A stretch of 48,783 nt of DNA, filler included, from Catajapyx aquilonaris (GCA_000934665.2; 2 parts of 2 records of this genome joined end to end with filler, not necessarily neighbours in it), one strand, 5' to 3'; counted from the whole stretch's first letter, positions 12,827 through 24,456 are shown. Numbers and translations: made by a program. Notes: generated from the sequence alone by a model not told the origin.

Positions 12827-13263
12827 ACATCTAGATATAACTGTCATAACAGTGAGAAGGTTAGTTCAAAAAGTCGCTAACCACTACACTGACAATTCAA
12901 TTGGAACGCATTATTTAAAAACCTACCCGACGAAAGTACAGCACCGTATTTACATAAGTCATATTGGACCAAAAAGTGACTATGATCACGCTTCATTTCA
13001 GTAAGCCGGTAATAAATTGCCGAAAAGTGTTATAAAATAAAACTACACGCTAGTAACCTCTTATCAGCTTTGTCATATTTCTAGTTTGACGGTCTACAGT
13101 GCATCATGTGGTTTCACAAAAAAAAATGCGTCCAAATATCTTTGCTTGGTGTGTCGGCAAATCGATATTTAGGCGAAAAGTAGAAAGCAATAAAACATAT
13201 ACAGCTAGTACATCAAACTCGCACACATGGTGAGGACGGTTAATTTTGATAGCTATAACGATA

Positions 13264-15204
13264 CTAGTCTTTAAATTTATGGACAATACATTCAAGGACA
13301 AGAAGCAAAGGGCCAATTCCATATGCAAAGATGACAAGTGCGTAGAATACTCCTTTGACTTGCTTTATGTTCAGTTTCATGGATAGACCATCGTGTAGTA
13401 TGTGCATTTCGCGAGCCTTTTTCAATCCAGATCTAAAATAGCTATAGTATGTGAAATCTTCCTGCTGAAAACCTATCCCAGAACACCAGAGATATGAGGT
13501 GACGCTATTTACAGTTGGTGACAGGATGCTGTACTTTGGGAGACTTGTTCCAAAATACATCTTAATAAGGGGGTCGTCAATAACATTAAAAGGGGTCGCT
13601 CCATTGACATCCAGGTACTCGTAAGCAGTGAAGCGCAAAAAAATTGTTGCAGTAAAGCAGCTGTACTGGTGGTCAATGGTATGCTCCAAGCATTCTTCAA
13701 GAGAGTCAAATTGAAGCAGCAGGTCCATCTTGTCCAGAAGAAAGGCGAAGTGCTCCGGATCAGCATCTTCTAGCACCAAATGTGCAAAGATGCAGTGGAG
13801 GCTGTAACATCCGTAGGTCCATTTGGGGTCTGTCAGGGCCTCCTTCAGACTGCCAGGCAGATCTTCTTTATCTGGCACACACAAGAAGCCAATGAGCTTG
13901 CTGGTGTACCCACAGGTGATTACCACGGCAAAGGTCCACCACAGTGACAGAAAGAGTCTGGCAGAATTGTGGCGGGGAACATTCTCGGGGTTCTCTTCGA
14001 TCAGGGCCAGGAGGACGTAAGTGAAAGAATAGGGCAAGAGAGAGAAGGTACGGCGTCGTGGGAATGGGTCAGAGACTAGGGCAAGTCCTTTCAGTATCCC
14101 ATAGAAGGTCAAACTGGCCAATGCACACGCAATCAAGATTGCCATCCACATGTCCAGAGTGTAAGGTTGCACTACCACTCGCCACGAATATACAGGGCGA
14201 GGAACCCTGTTGAGGAGACCTACGCTATCGTAGAAACTAGGACTTACGTAGTCGACGACAGGGAAACCATTCGGGTGTATTAAGGCGAAGGGAATCATTT
14301 CTACTTCTTCGTAGAGGATGGCCCCAACATTACCGGTCCATGTCCCATCGTCCAATTGCGTGTCAGCTGCAGAAGCTGCACCTGCCTTCAAACGGTCAAC
14401 AGTCCAATTGAAATTCATTGTTCTTCCGAGCTCCCATACGTGCAGTGGAGGTGGAAATGTTGGCTCTATGTTTGCTATAGCATATTCAGTGTCTTCTTTG
14501 GTGAAACCCTCCAGGAAACCTATATGCATAAACTTGCCGTGGAGGTCAGTTGTGAAGTCCGGGTAGAAGTCTTCCAAGACATGCACCACCTGTGGATCTC
14601 CCCCATTGCAGAAGAAGCATACTGACTGGAGGGTCACGTCGTCCGACTGATCACCTTCCAGGAAAGACGGGGTCAGCTTGAACTTGAGTTTCTGGGCGAT
14701 TGGGTGATGAAGGACATCGGAAGAGTTCCCCTTCAGATCACGGTTCCACAAGAAGAAGTAGTCCTTGGCCAAGTGCATGGAAACGACTGCTGCTGTTTGC
14801 TCCATCATGTCCTGGAACTTGTCCCCTTCCCAGATCAGCACGAACATGTTGCAGTTGGCCAGGGACACTGTTGAGGGTCTTGTCAGCCACGAAAACCAGT
14901 ACAGTACCTCGGTGTGGTTCACCTTCACTTCTTCTTGGACAGTTTGGATCAGATCCTGGTACCGCAAGGTAACGGAGGGTTTCTCCTGCTCGGATCTCGC
15001 CCGAAGAAGGTTCGTCAGTGGATCCGGAAGCACCTCGTAATCATGGGACATCACCGTCAAGCAGGAATCGAGACGATTGCTCATGATCAATCCAAGAATG
15101 TCGGTCACAAAATCTTCCTTCACCATCTCTGGCCGTTCTAAGTCGATGGTCAGACATATGTGCCAGTTAACAAACAGCAGCAAGAATTTTCTGAAGCACA
15201 CCAT
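13264..15204 (-). CDS. Divergent ionotropic receptor (IR, variant iGluR-family chemoreceptor), single exon, 646 aa
   Basis: First ATG of the 653-codon ORF is at 15204 (MVCFRKFLLLFV..., signal-like); the ORF-track start at 15225 is GTG. S1 DGTWTGNVGAILYEEVEM...VVDY; pre-M1 PYTLDMWMAIL; pore LLALIEEN..P.HNSARLFLSLWW; M3 GYTSKLIGFL (SYTANLAAFL-like); S2; M4 LNIKQVKGVFYALV. Confidence 0.93.
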   Translation of the reverse strand: MVCFRKFLLLFVNWHICLTIDLERPEMVKEDFVTDILGLIMSNRLDSCLTVMSHDYEVLPDPLTNLLRARSEQEKPSVTLRYQDLIQTVQEEVKVNHTEVLYWFSWLTRPSTVSLANCNMFVLIWEGDKFQDMMEQTAAVVSMHLAKDYFFLWNRDLKGNSSDVLHHPIAQKLKFKLTPSFLEGDQSDDVTLQSVCFFCNGGDPQVVHVLEDFYPDFTTDLHGKFMHIGFLEGFTKEDTEYAIANIEPTFPPPLHVWELGRTMNFNWTVDRLKAGAASAADTQLDDGTWTGNVGAILYEEVEMIPFALIHPNGFPVVDYVSPSFYDSVGLLNRVPRPVYSWRVVVQPYTLDMWMAILIACALASLTFYGILKGLALVSDPFPRRRTFSLLPYSFTYVLLALIEENPENVPRHNSARLFLSLWWTFAVVITCGYTSKLIGFLCVPDKEDLPGSLKEALTDPKWTYGCYSLHCIFAHLVLEDADPEHFAFLLDKMDLLLQFDSLEECLEHTIDHQYSCFTATIFLRFTAYEYLDVNGATPFNVIDDPLIKMYFGTSLPKYSILSPTVNSVTSYLWCSGIGFQQEDFTYYSYFRSGLKKAREMHILHDGLSMKLNIKQVKGVFYALVIFAYGIGPLLLVLECIVHKFKD

Positions 15205-15730
15205 ATTTGCTGCTGCCTTGTTCACAGGCGACTGTTGCTATCTAGATAGGATAGCTGGATATGTAGGGAAAATATGGTATCACTCTTGTCCACGAAATTA
15301 TCATTTTAAATGGGAAATGGCCATGAAATCTTACCGTATATGCGCGAGATTTTATCTCCTAATTGAAAACTTATCGATATCACAACTACTATTTTACTTT
15401 TAAAAATTCCATTCCACTCTATCTGGAGTCACATACTCTGTATTCACGAATATGTCACGTATTCTCTCTTTCGAGGTGATAACATCACGGCACAAAATAA
15501 TCTCCAGATATTTTTTGTTGCAGTATATTGCAGAAGTGGCTCATATCCTTGAAATGCAAAATAACTACCATGTTACCATGTAAATATTTTAGTAGTAGGC
15601 CTACTTGCTACTTGTGCAATAATATCAGATAAGTGCAATAAAATTTAATCATTTCCCTGAATTTATTCCCTTGAAACACAACTTACGAAGTACCTCATTC
15701 CATCCAGAATTCCCCTCTCTCTCTCGCAAC

Positions 15731-15788
15731 GATGACCGTTGAGAAACCGTTGAAAAAAGCGCCAAAGTTTCACCCACTTCTCCCGCGC
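15731..15788. promoter_or_regulatory. Second Myb/E2F-type motif cluster, about 530 bp upstream of the IR start
   Basis: CCGTTG (reverse complement CAACGG) at 15736 and 15747; GCGCCAAA (reverse complement TTTGGCGC) at 15759-15766; TCCCGCGC at 15781. Shares the 10-mer GATGACCGTT with the 10.95-kb cluster. Confidence 0.35.
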
Positions 15789-18700
15789 ATTTCCATCGAA
15801 GGTGATTCTATCAATTTGGAGACCCTGATTCTGTGAGGTTGTCCGTTGGCGTGTGAAAGGTTGGCAGATCAGATAGCGTAGATTACTTCAATAAAAACTT
15901 TTGCTATTCCTGAAGCTAGGTGTCGGGGCAGTGATGCCAACCGATAGAGAGGGCAACAGAGAGAGAGAACCCCCAGCTTTTTAATTAGGCTCCTTGATTT
16001 GACAAGGGGGGAGGAAGGGCAGGTGAAAATGACGCTGGGGAAGGATCAAACGAAATTAACGAAGCACCGAAGTCGAGGAGAAGCACCCTAATTTACTTTG
16101 CCGCCTGAAAACTTGATGAAACTCCCCGGAATGGAAGATTGCAGCGCAGAGGAGAAAACAAGAATTTATTGCGGAGAAAAGGCGCTCGGCTCGTCAAATG
16201 CAGATTTCACACGCTCACTCCAACGTGATACACATGCTTTATCCTAAATGGGGGAAGCTGCAATGCGCCTTGAAAAAACACTTCCGGTACAGTATATCCC
16301 TTGCAACAACAACATGAGAAAAGGAGCTTAATCTTGTTACTTCTTTGGTTGGGATTGGGAAGTACTAGATCAGTGTATGAAGAGAGCAGGACCAGACTAC
16401 TCTCGCCATCTGCTGCCTTGCCAAACTAATGTTTCTTGGAGAGCCTGGGAGCTTTGAAATTGATTTTTGGAATATCGGGACCCACCATCTGGGGCACGAT
16501 TCGTTTTGCAATCGGAAATGAGGTTGACAATGAATTAACAACATTCATTATTGGCAGGGGCTAGAAATTTGTAGAGCAACTGCCAGGAAATTGTCATGGG
16601 TTATAATTACAGTACAGTGTAGTGTTAATGTTATGCCAGGTTGTGGCTAGCAAACACATTTTGGGTCCTATTAATATTAATTTGGAAATGACTATTAATA
16701 TCGGCGTAAAATGTACACATTATATTGACATAATGTAAATAAAATAAAGTGGATGGATAATTCAATAAAAATATATTATGTGGGATTCAAAAAAAATATC
16801 GCAATCAACTTTAATTCCTGGTCAATTCAAACCCCCATTACATCCCTACTATAATTAACGTTAATTGTAATAGCTGCACGAGTGCTCATCACATTATTCC
16901 TATTATTTCCCTCGGGAAGCCTACCTTTGTGACAACCTCATCCAGCATTTTTGTAAGAACTTTCCCAACAATGTAAACCCTGTGCGTCAGAGACATTTCC
17001 AGACCAATCCCCTCCTCTTTATTTAGTCCCTTTCCTGACATCGAAATCCCAGGTCCGTAAGCACCTGACGGTCCCATAGGTGCAGTCACACCGAAATTGA
17101 ATAGATCAGTCCTTGATCAAAGACCAGTGACAAATGACTACTTATGGACATCACGTCACCTTCCCTAGAGACCAAGCTTTATGTAGGACAACTACAAACC
17201 CCGTCGCTTCAACATCTCCAATCACGAACGAATATGGCGCCAGAAATGGAGGTTCAAAGGCAAGAAGAAAAAAATTTTGAAGCAGAAAAAAAAATCCAAT
17301 CTCACCCTGTCGATCGGATCCATGAGTATGCCTCTCGCATTTTTGCATTGGTTACTCCCAAAGGCTTTTTTTTTGTAACCCCCTGTTTGCTATGGCGCCT
17401 AGTTATTCCCAGGAGGAACATGGCCTCCCATACCTGTGGCCGTTCATCCAACTTCGTTAACTTTGTGAGTCTCCTCGCACCATTCATATCACATTTCGCT
17501 TCGTTACTTATTCTTTTTCTGGCTTCGGTTCCACGTAACTGTATATCCCCGTATCTGATTACGTAAGTCGAGCCAGATTTGCGACGTGAATTTGTTCTAA
17601 TAATGACTGCTTCGGGTTACCACAACCCCTAGATGAGAGGCCATTTTTATACAAAATATTGAGCCCCTGCACTGCTACGAATAAATCAAAATGTCCAGAT
17701 TGATATTTTTTTAATTAAAATGTTTCAAAATTAAAATTTGAGTACTTTTCATCATTGCATGATGCAGCCCAAATTACACGGATGCTATTTTTGTAGTTTT
17801 CTTGCCAGATGTTACCGTCGATTCATAATGGGAGAGTATCACTAGAATCGCAAGATGGCAGCATTCACCCCAATGCAAATGTATTGCAACTGGTAGTCGC
17901 GCCGCGCCGCCGCGTCGTCTGGTGCCAATGTTAAGATCATTCCCATATGTGACTCCAAACCTATCAGAATGTCGTATTGGAATATTGCAAATTGCCGCCA
18001 GGTTGCCTAATTACCCTTATGAGACAATTAATATGACAATGACGTGTCCTGTTGAAACCACAAAAAAAAAGTTGCATGCAAGCCTAGCAGTCATAATCAT
18101 GCCTGATATAAATTGCTAGAAAAGAAGCTTTGGAGGTTGCGGCAATCAGCTATTTTGCGAGCAGGAAAGCACACGGAAGGGAGACATGCGTCACTGCCAT
18201 AAACAAGGAAATTAGACTGTGGAATTGCTCCAGGGTGCCAAATCAGATAAGGTTGACCACACCCCCCAGCATTTTGTGGCTCGCAATCTTCTTTCCCCCA
18301 TATATATCTCTAAAACTGTTTTTTTTTTGTCTTTCCTCCAGAAATCCTACAAAACAATATTAAATTGCTGCTTTCAAAAAATTCGGATAAGACGAAAATC
18401 GTCCAGTGGGAAAAAGATGCCAAGGATTTGCGTGCTAAGCTTTCACCCAAGAAAGCATGCTCTTAATTTTGCCGTCTTCAGCAGTAATGCCTGGTGGGAA
18501 AAAAAGCGAAAAGCTGCCATGTGTCAGGGAATTTCCGCCTCCCAATCTTGCCCAATCCCTTCTTCTTCCCAATCCTGTCTAGAATTTCCTGAGGGAATTG
18601 CAAATGCAGTGTAAGCTACACCTCTTCATAAAAAGTGGCGTTTTTTATAGGAAGTTTCAAATGGCGTCTAGGCCTCGGGCTAGGCCTAGTTCATTGTCGC

Positions 18701-19302
18701 AGCTGGTGCTACCTTAGAGGCCATTGGACCCTCGTTAGAGAAGTGAGCAATAATTTGTCAGTGCAGGTATCATCTGCAAAACAGCCTGTAATGACCAGCT
18801 GATGCTCACCATTTGCATAGAGGAACGTGTCCTAACCTGAAATCCGGCTAGAGTCTCATCAGAACATGGATGTGACGTAATAATTGTGGTCCAAGTAATA
18901 CCTTCAGTTATAACTGTCTCGTAAATTGCGTCCGTTGCAATTGTAGCCACTCAATTGCGTCTAAAGACACAAGAATCGATAGCATCCCAACTGCTGAGAG
19001 AGAGAGTTAATAGAGAAACTTAATTTAAGCTCAGGTAAATATTTTCCAGTAAAGGGCTCTTATGTCGGCCATTATCGTCGGGCCTCTGCAGCTTAAGTTT
19101 CATTAGACAACAATTCAGTAGCGCAGTATATCGCTTTGGGGCTTTTACCGGAGACAATGACGATCACACTGGGAGTCTCGAGAACACGCGAGCATTCTAT
19201 GTACTTTTAAGGGAGGGTGCAATGCTCTCTTTAAACATTCTTAGCAACAATGCTAATTAACTTCAACTTCATAAAAATGGGCTGGAAGTCCTTAGTTCTA
19301 AA

Positions 19303-19541
19303 CTAGCTGTGGCACCCGGTGTTGCCCGGGAAGAAATGAATGAAGGGAAAACACCTGCCAGTCGCCAGTCAACTGTCTGTCTTTCTATGTGTCCGGCCAC
19401 AAATGCCATCTGTGGTCCTGCTACTCCAACACCTTCAACCTCTCCCGCATGTATAACGGCAACCGTCATTTGCCAGCCATCTGCAGGCGGACAGACAGAC
19501 AGACTCACAAACGGCTTTATTTTTTATTTTTTATTTGTGGA
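19303..19541 (-). mobile_element. Non-autonomous Helitron (Lep1-like mini-Helitron)
   Basis: On the minus strand: 5' A|TCC start, a (CTGT)n microsatellite near the 5' end, a subterminal hairpin CCCGG-GCAACA-CCGGG, and a 3' CTAG|T end. Confidence 0.72.
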
Positions 19542-21744
19542 TATTTCTAGAATAGAATCCAATTTATATAACAACCTTCTATTAATACCATGACCATCTG
19601 CCTTATTGCTCCTGACGAGCTACGCCCACGACAAAACAAACTGTATCGAATTTCCAACCATCCCCACTGCTTATCCCCAAGTTCGGAGAAGCAGCAGACC
19701 CGGATAGAGAACAACGTGGTCTTAAATGGAGGGCTTTGTGCGGTCCGGAGAGTGTCGGAGGTCGGCGAAAGCCATGTCTAACAACCAGGGAGCAAATCAC
19801 GGAACGCTACCACTTCCTTTCCCACCAAGACCTCTTTTAACCCCCCCCCCCCACTCCCCCACCCATTTTCTACCACCAAGCCTAGAACCCCTTCCTAGCA
19901 AGGCGCTTATTGATTTTTAATTAAAAGTCTAGACAAGGGTCGCCGGAAATCAGACCCGGTTTTTTCCCATCCCGTGCAAACTTCGTCTGTGGTACATGGA
20001 CAAAACTTCACAAAAGGAACGGGGTGAGAGAAGACAGGGGAGAAGATGGAGAGAAAAAAAAAACGAAATAAGAGACGGTTGGTATAGAAGAAGACGAAAA
20101 AAAAAAAGTTGGGCGACAAAGAGAAAGAAACGCGAGCTGAATAGAAAAAGATACGTCCAAAGTGCACTTCTGTGTCGCATTCTGAGACACACTTGCTAAA
20201 ACGTTACGCATCATCTCAGACTCTCAAAGCTTCTAATTCTCATGACCACTCTGGAAATCTCGCCCCTTTCTATGTTTCTAAAAGATATAACCCACCCCTA
20301 AGTAACCACAGTCTCTAACTTTATGCTCGTGAGTGTACATCTTCACAAACTATAGGGGGTGTCATGGCAAGAAGTCTCCAGTTTCTAACATCACGCTATG
20401 CTGATCACGAAGGTCTCATATTTCAGACCGCGTAGCATCCCATCATCCCAGGCCAAAAAAGATACACACAAAAAAAAAGAAGACGAAGAAGCCAAGGCGC
20501 GACACAGCGCACTTTATTGTTTCCACGCGAAGACCTAATTGGAAGGGTCTCACCCAAGCAGCGACATGGAAGGAAAAGGAGCGCTTCCTGCTTTCACCCC
20601 CAAACCCAACTCTCATCGATCCCTCAGGCCACAAATTGTCATCTTCCATGCCTCAGCTTGGACCATTCTGTTGCCCCCNCCCCCCCCCCAAATGAAACAA
20701 AAAACAAAACAAAAAGGTGAAAAGTAGCAATTAGGGGTTGTTGATAGCAGTGATTGCGGTCAATTGCTATTTCACACCTTGATTCACGCACAATTGGCAG
20801 TATCCACAATAACATGGTTAACCAAAAGTTTCTATCAATATAATTATGCTGGTGGACTAGTTAGTCCCAACTCTTTTTGTTTCCTGTCTGAGCAGAAGTT
20901 GACTGATTAGTGTGCGGACAAGTTCATTGATCCAGACACTTGGTCGCCGTTTTGACGTGCGCACTTCAATGCACTCGTTAGGTTCGGTACCATTGGGGGT
21001 TCGGACCAGGGGGCTGTAATTTATTCTCTGATTAGCCGAGGGGGGGTTCAAACAGGGTCTATTGAGACTAGCCCCCCTACTCTATTTGTTCCACAAACTC
21101 GGTGCTGGCGAGTTCATAATGCCAGGAATTTTTAGCTCGCAGGTGTACGTAGGTGCGTGTGTATATGACACTTTGCGTGATCTTTGTTGACAATGCTAAC
21201 CTGTGCTGTATGATTAGGCATTTCATACCCTCTCACTTCATTACCCCTAATAGCTTATTCGGACCAGAATCGCAGATTTTCACTCCCTCATTTTTTGCTA
21301 CTTAAAATAATTTCACGCCGGTACTGACCATCCTGCGCACGGGAAATCCAACTTGATAATGGCACGTTGACCGTGAATTCATTTGAAAGCCGTTCCGCAA
21401 TTCAAAAGCAGAGGCGCGCATATTCACGGATATCGCACCCCCTCCGCTTCTAATCTATTCCATTCAAAGGAGTGGCTCCATTAAAGAGATGGCACCGAGT
21501 CGCATAATGTTTGATAGCCTATCTCTATGCTGTTAACGGCCTTTCATAATTCCCTGGGCACGTAAAATGTGTCAGAAAGAATGCCAGGTCTTTCATAATA
21601 CTCTTTTTCCCATGAAATCGTTAGCGAGCTGTTTTCATCCTAGGGGTGCTCTCGATGTAATCATTCACTCTATTCAGTACCCAGTTAATAATGTTGTGCT
21701 GGGTGAAAAACACGTCGGGAAAAGGTGAAGGACCGTAAACAATC

Positions 21745-22068
21745 AGTGTGATTTCCATATCCACATGATGTCTTTACAATCAGGGTTCACTTCTAGCGAT
21801 AGTTCTATAGCTGGGATATCTGATAAAATCAACACTCTAGTAATAGACACGTCCCTTGAAGGTAAACCCTGGCATCTTTACCACCCTGTGCAGTGAAGAG
21901 CAACATTTCAGTAGTGTGATTTCCATATCCACACGATGTCTTTACAATAATGGTTTACTTCTAGCAATAGCTATATAGCTGGGATATCTGATAAAATCAA
22001 CAATCTAGCAATAGACACATCCCTTGAAGGTAAACCCTGGCATCTTTACCACCCTGTTCAGTGAAGAG
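21745..22068. repeat. Tandem duplication, two copies of about 156 bp with a 168-bp period
   Basis: 21745-21900 and 21913-22068 align without gaps at high identity (AGTGTGATTTCCATATCCACA...CAGTGAAGAG). Confidence 0.93.
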
Positions 22069-23125
22069 TGTTACTGCGACACTCATGTCCCTTACATCCA
22101 CCGTCCTTCCCAATAAAGCGGATAGCACCGTTTCAGTTATTTATCCGTCGCTCTATAACCACGTTTATTGCCCACACATTGTTCGTGTGTATATCCTCCG
22201 AAAGTAAGTTCAGAGGCAAGGACTGGAGATTCTCCCCTAGCGCGACAAAGGTGCATTATGTAGGTCGTTAAGAACAATTTCCTCGTTGGTTTATATCAAG
22301 CCACCGCGCGATTACAAGCCTTTTTATTACTTTCTTGGGAAACACAGAACAAGCCCCCACCCGGAGAGAAATGAAACAGGAGTAGACCACTGCGGTCACC
22401 GTAATTTAATGGTACAGAAGAAACTGCAATTTATTTATGCAAATTGCCCATAACTAATATTGCGGTAAAGGTGTGTCACAGCCGCAGTTAAATCCTGTTT
22501 AATATTAATGAAGTTGAAACGTATTATCTCCATGGCGTGTGTGAGGCAGGGTGGGGGAACTTGCTGGAATTTGACCAGCTTTTATCAGTTGCCAGTTTTT
22601 TCACGCGCTTGATATATTGACGTAAGCTCACGTCATGCAGTACAGATTATTCATGTGTAAACATTAGCATACCGGTAATTGTATTTGGAATGAAAACCGT
22701 ATCAGAGGGCCCCCATGGTCCCTCAGGCTACACATTTTAATTTTTTTAAAAACAATATATATACTACTCCATTTATTTTCAGGTGCCAGTGCATATTGCA
22801 CGCACTAATTGTGTTGAGATTTATCATTACATTTTCTGGCAGCATGTGAGTAGATGGCGTGAGTGATTGGGGTCGAGTTTCATTTGGCGCCGCGAAGGCG
22901 AGCGTCCCCCTCACGCGAGGCATGTGCCTTGGAGACAGCGCGTCGCAACTGCAAATGGTGGACCTGGGCCAAACCCTTCATTTCCGACCCTGCTGTGCTG
23001 CCACACCCATGACCCCGACCTGTCTACACGGTTTTAATTGTCCCAAGCAAATCTCCTGACTAATCAAGGCCGCGCCCATCATACAAACACCACACACCAA
23101 ACTCATTTTGCAAACCTGCATTGCC

Positions 23126-23127
<2 letters not shown>

Positions 23128-23199
<72 letters not shown>

Positions 23200-23214
23200 C
23201 AGCAGCAGCAGCAG
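23128..23214. repeat. Compound microsatellite (AAT)23 followed by (CAG)5
   Basis: Read directly from the sequence. Confidence 0.97.
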
Positions 23215-23703
23215 ACTTACGTAATGACTCCCATTAGCTTAAAAGCTACTTTTATAAGCAGAACTCATTTCAGTAGTGCAGTATGTTATCTCTACATGTC
23301 TTATTCAGTAAATGGTCATGATATTGATTATTATTAACGATGGCCTTGTTTTCTCCAGTGCTGTTCTGGAAGAATGATGGTTCGGTCGGATGTGAGTGTT
23401 TCTCTTAGAATGGACATCTAAGCAAGCTACTTCTAGAAGCACAAGATGTCTGTTAGCAGAGTAGTCGAAAGTGTCTCATTCTGATTGATAGCAATATACT
23501 GTTCATGGCGACAAAAATAATTTGTCAGAACTCTTAAAGAACCAATGAAAATCCCATCGCAATTGCAGCCACAATGTGTATGACGATCAAATTATATGGC
23601 ACTACTCATTAATCTGATTATTATTAATCGATGAAGCAGACATGAGCATATGAATAGACATGGTTCTGCCGCAGAACACTAAACGACACAGTGCTGTGCT
23701 GCA

Positions 23704-24282
23704 ATGATGTTGCTCTTATTAGTGTTGAGTCTTTTAAACACCTGTCCGAGCACCTGTCTCGGGCATCGAGTCGCGCTTCTTCCAGAATTTGAAGAAGATG
23801 TATTGCTTTCAAAGATGGTTGGGGAGATACTGGAAGATGCTAGATTCGAACAGTGTTCCCTGGTGGTGTCCTTCGGGGACGATGATGAAAAGAAGAAGAG
23901 CTCCTCCGGTCGAGCCTTGTCCGATCTGTTGAAGCAGCAGCATCACCATCACAGGAAGAGGTCGAAGGGTTACCGCACCCGTGTCACCCTAAGCACCACG
24001 GGGCACAACCAGCCACGTGTCCGCCCCTGGAGCGAGTACCTGGGTCTGACTGGCCCCCACCAGCTGCACTCCTTCACCTCCATCCCTCCGGAGGCCACCT
24101 CCCGCCTCTGGACAGGGTCCTCCTGCGCCCTCAACCTCTTCGTGGCCACCTCTCCTCGCACCCTGCCACACCAGGTCCTGCAGGCTGTCGGGACTGTCCG
24201 GATCAGGAACCTCGACGACCACTTTGTCCTGCACTTCAGGAATCTCTCTGGTCAGGAGGTAGTCCGGGTGCTAAGGGGTTGA
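23704..24282 (+). CDS. N-terminal part of a second divergent ionotropic receptor paralog (partial; interrupted near contig end)
   Basis: Signal peptide MMLLLLVLSLL. Collinear similarity to the N-terminus of the 13264-15204 IR: VGEILEDARFEQCSLVVS/ILGLIMSNRLDSCLTVMS, ALSDLLK/PLTNLLR, RVTL/SVTL, SSCALNLFV/ANCNMFVLI, DDHFVLHFRNLSG/KDYFFLWNRDLKG. The ORF stops 75 bp before the spacer; a possible donor GAG|GTAGTC lies at 24259. Confidence 0.7.
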   Translation: MMLLLLVLSLLNTCPSTCLGHRVALLPEFEEDVLLSKMVGEILEDARFEQCSLVVSFGDDDEKKKSSSGRALSDLLKQQHHHHRKRSKGYRTRVTLSTTGHNQPRVRPWSEYLGLTGPHQLHSFTSIPPEATSRLWTGSSCALNLFVATSPRTLPHQVLQAVGTVRIRNLDDHFVLHFRNLSGQEVVRVLRG

Positions 24283-24356
24283 ACTTTGCATTTTGTGACA
24301 AAAGTATGAAACTCGGTACACTTGTCCTTTGGACACTTCTGATCATATCTGGACGT

Positions 24357-24456
24357 NNNNNNNNNNNNNNNNNNNNNNNNNNNNNNNNNNNNNNNNNNNN
24401 TTAATTAATTAANNNNNNNNNNNNNNNNNNNNNNNNNNNNNNNNNNNNNNNNNNNN
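24357..24456. other. Artificial contig spacer (44 N + TTAATTAATTAA + 44 N)
   Basis: Exactly 100 bp and symmetric; the central 12-mer carries stop codons in all six frames, a standard concatenation linker. Confidence 0.97.

Noticed and set aside
13509..15403. Numerous short ORFs overlapping the IR
   Set aside because: Antisense or alternative-frame shadows of the IR coding sequence.
16870..17566. 140-aa ORF / possible Helentron-like element
   Set aside because: No protein motif; the sequence looks TE-like, but I could not define termini or a TSD.
23038..23337. Poly-Asn/Gln ORF
   Set aside because: Translation of the (AAT)n(CAG)n microsatellite.
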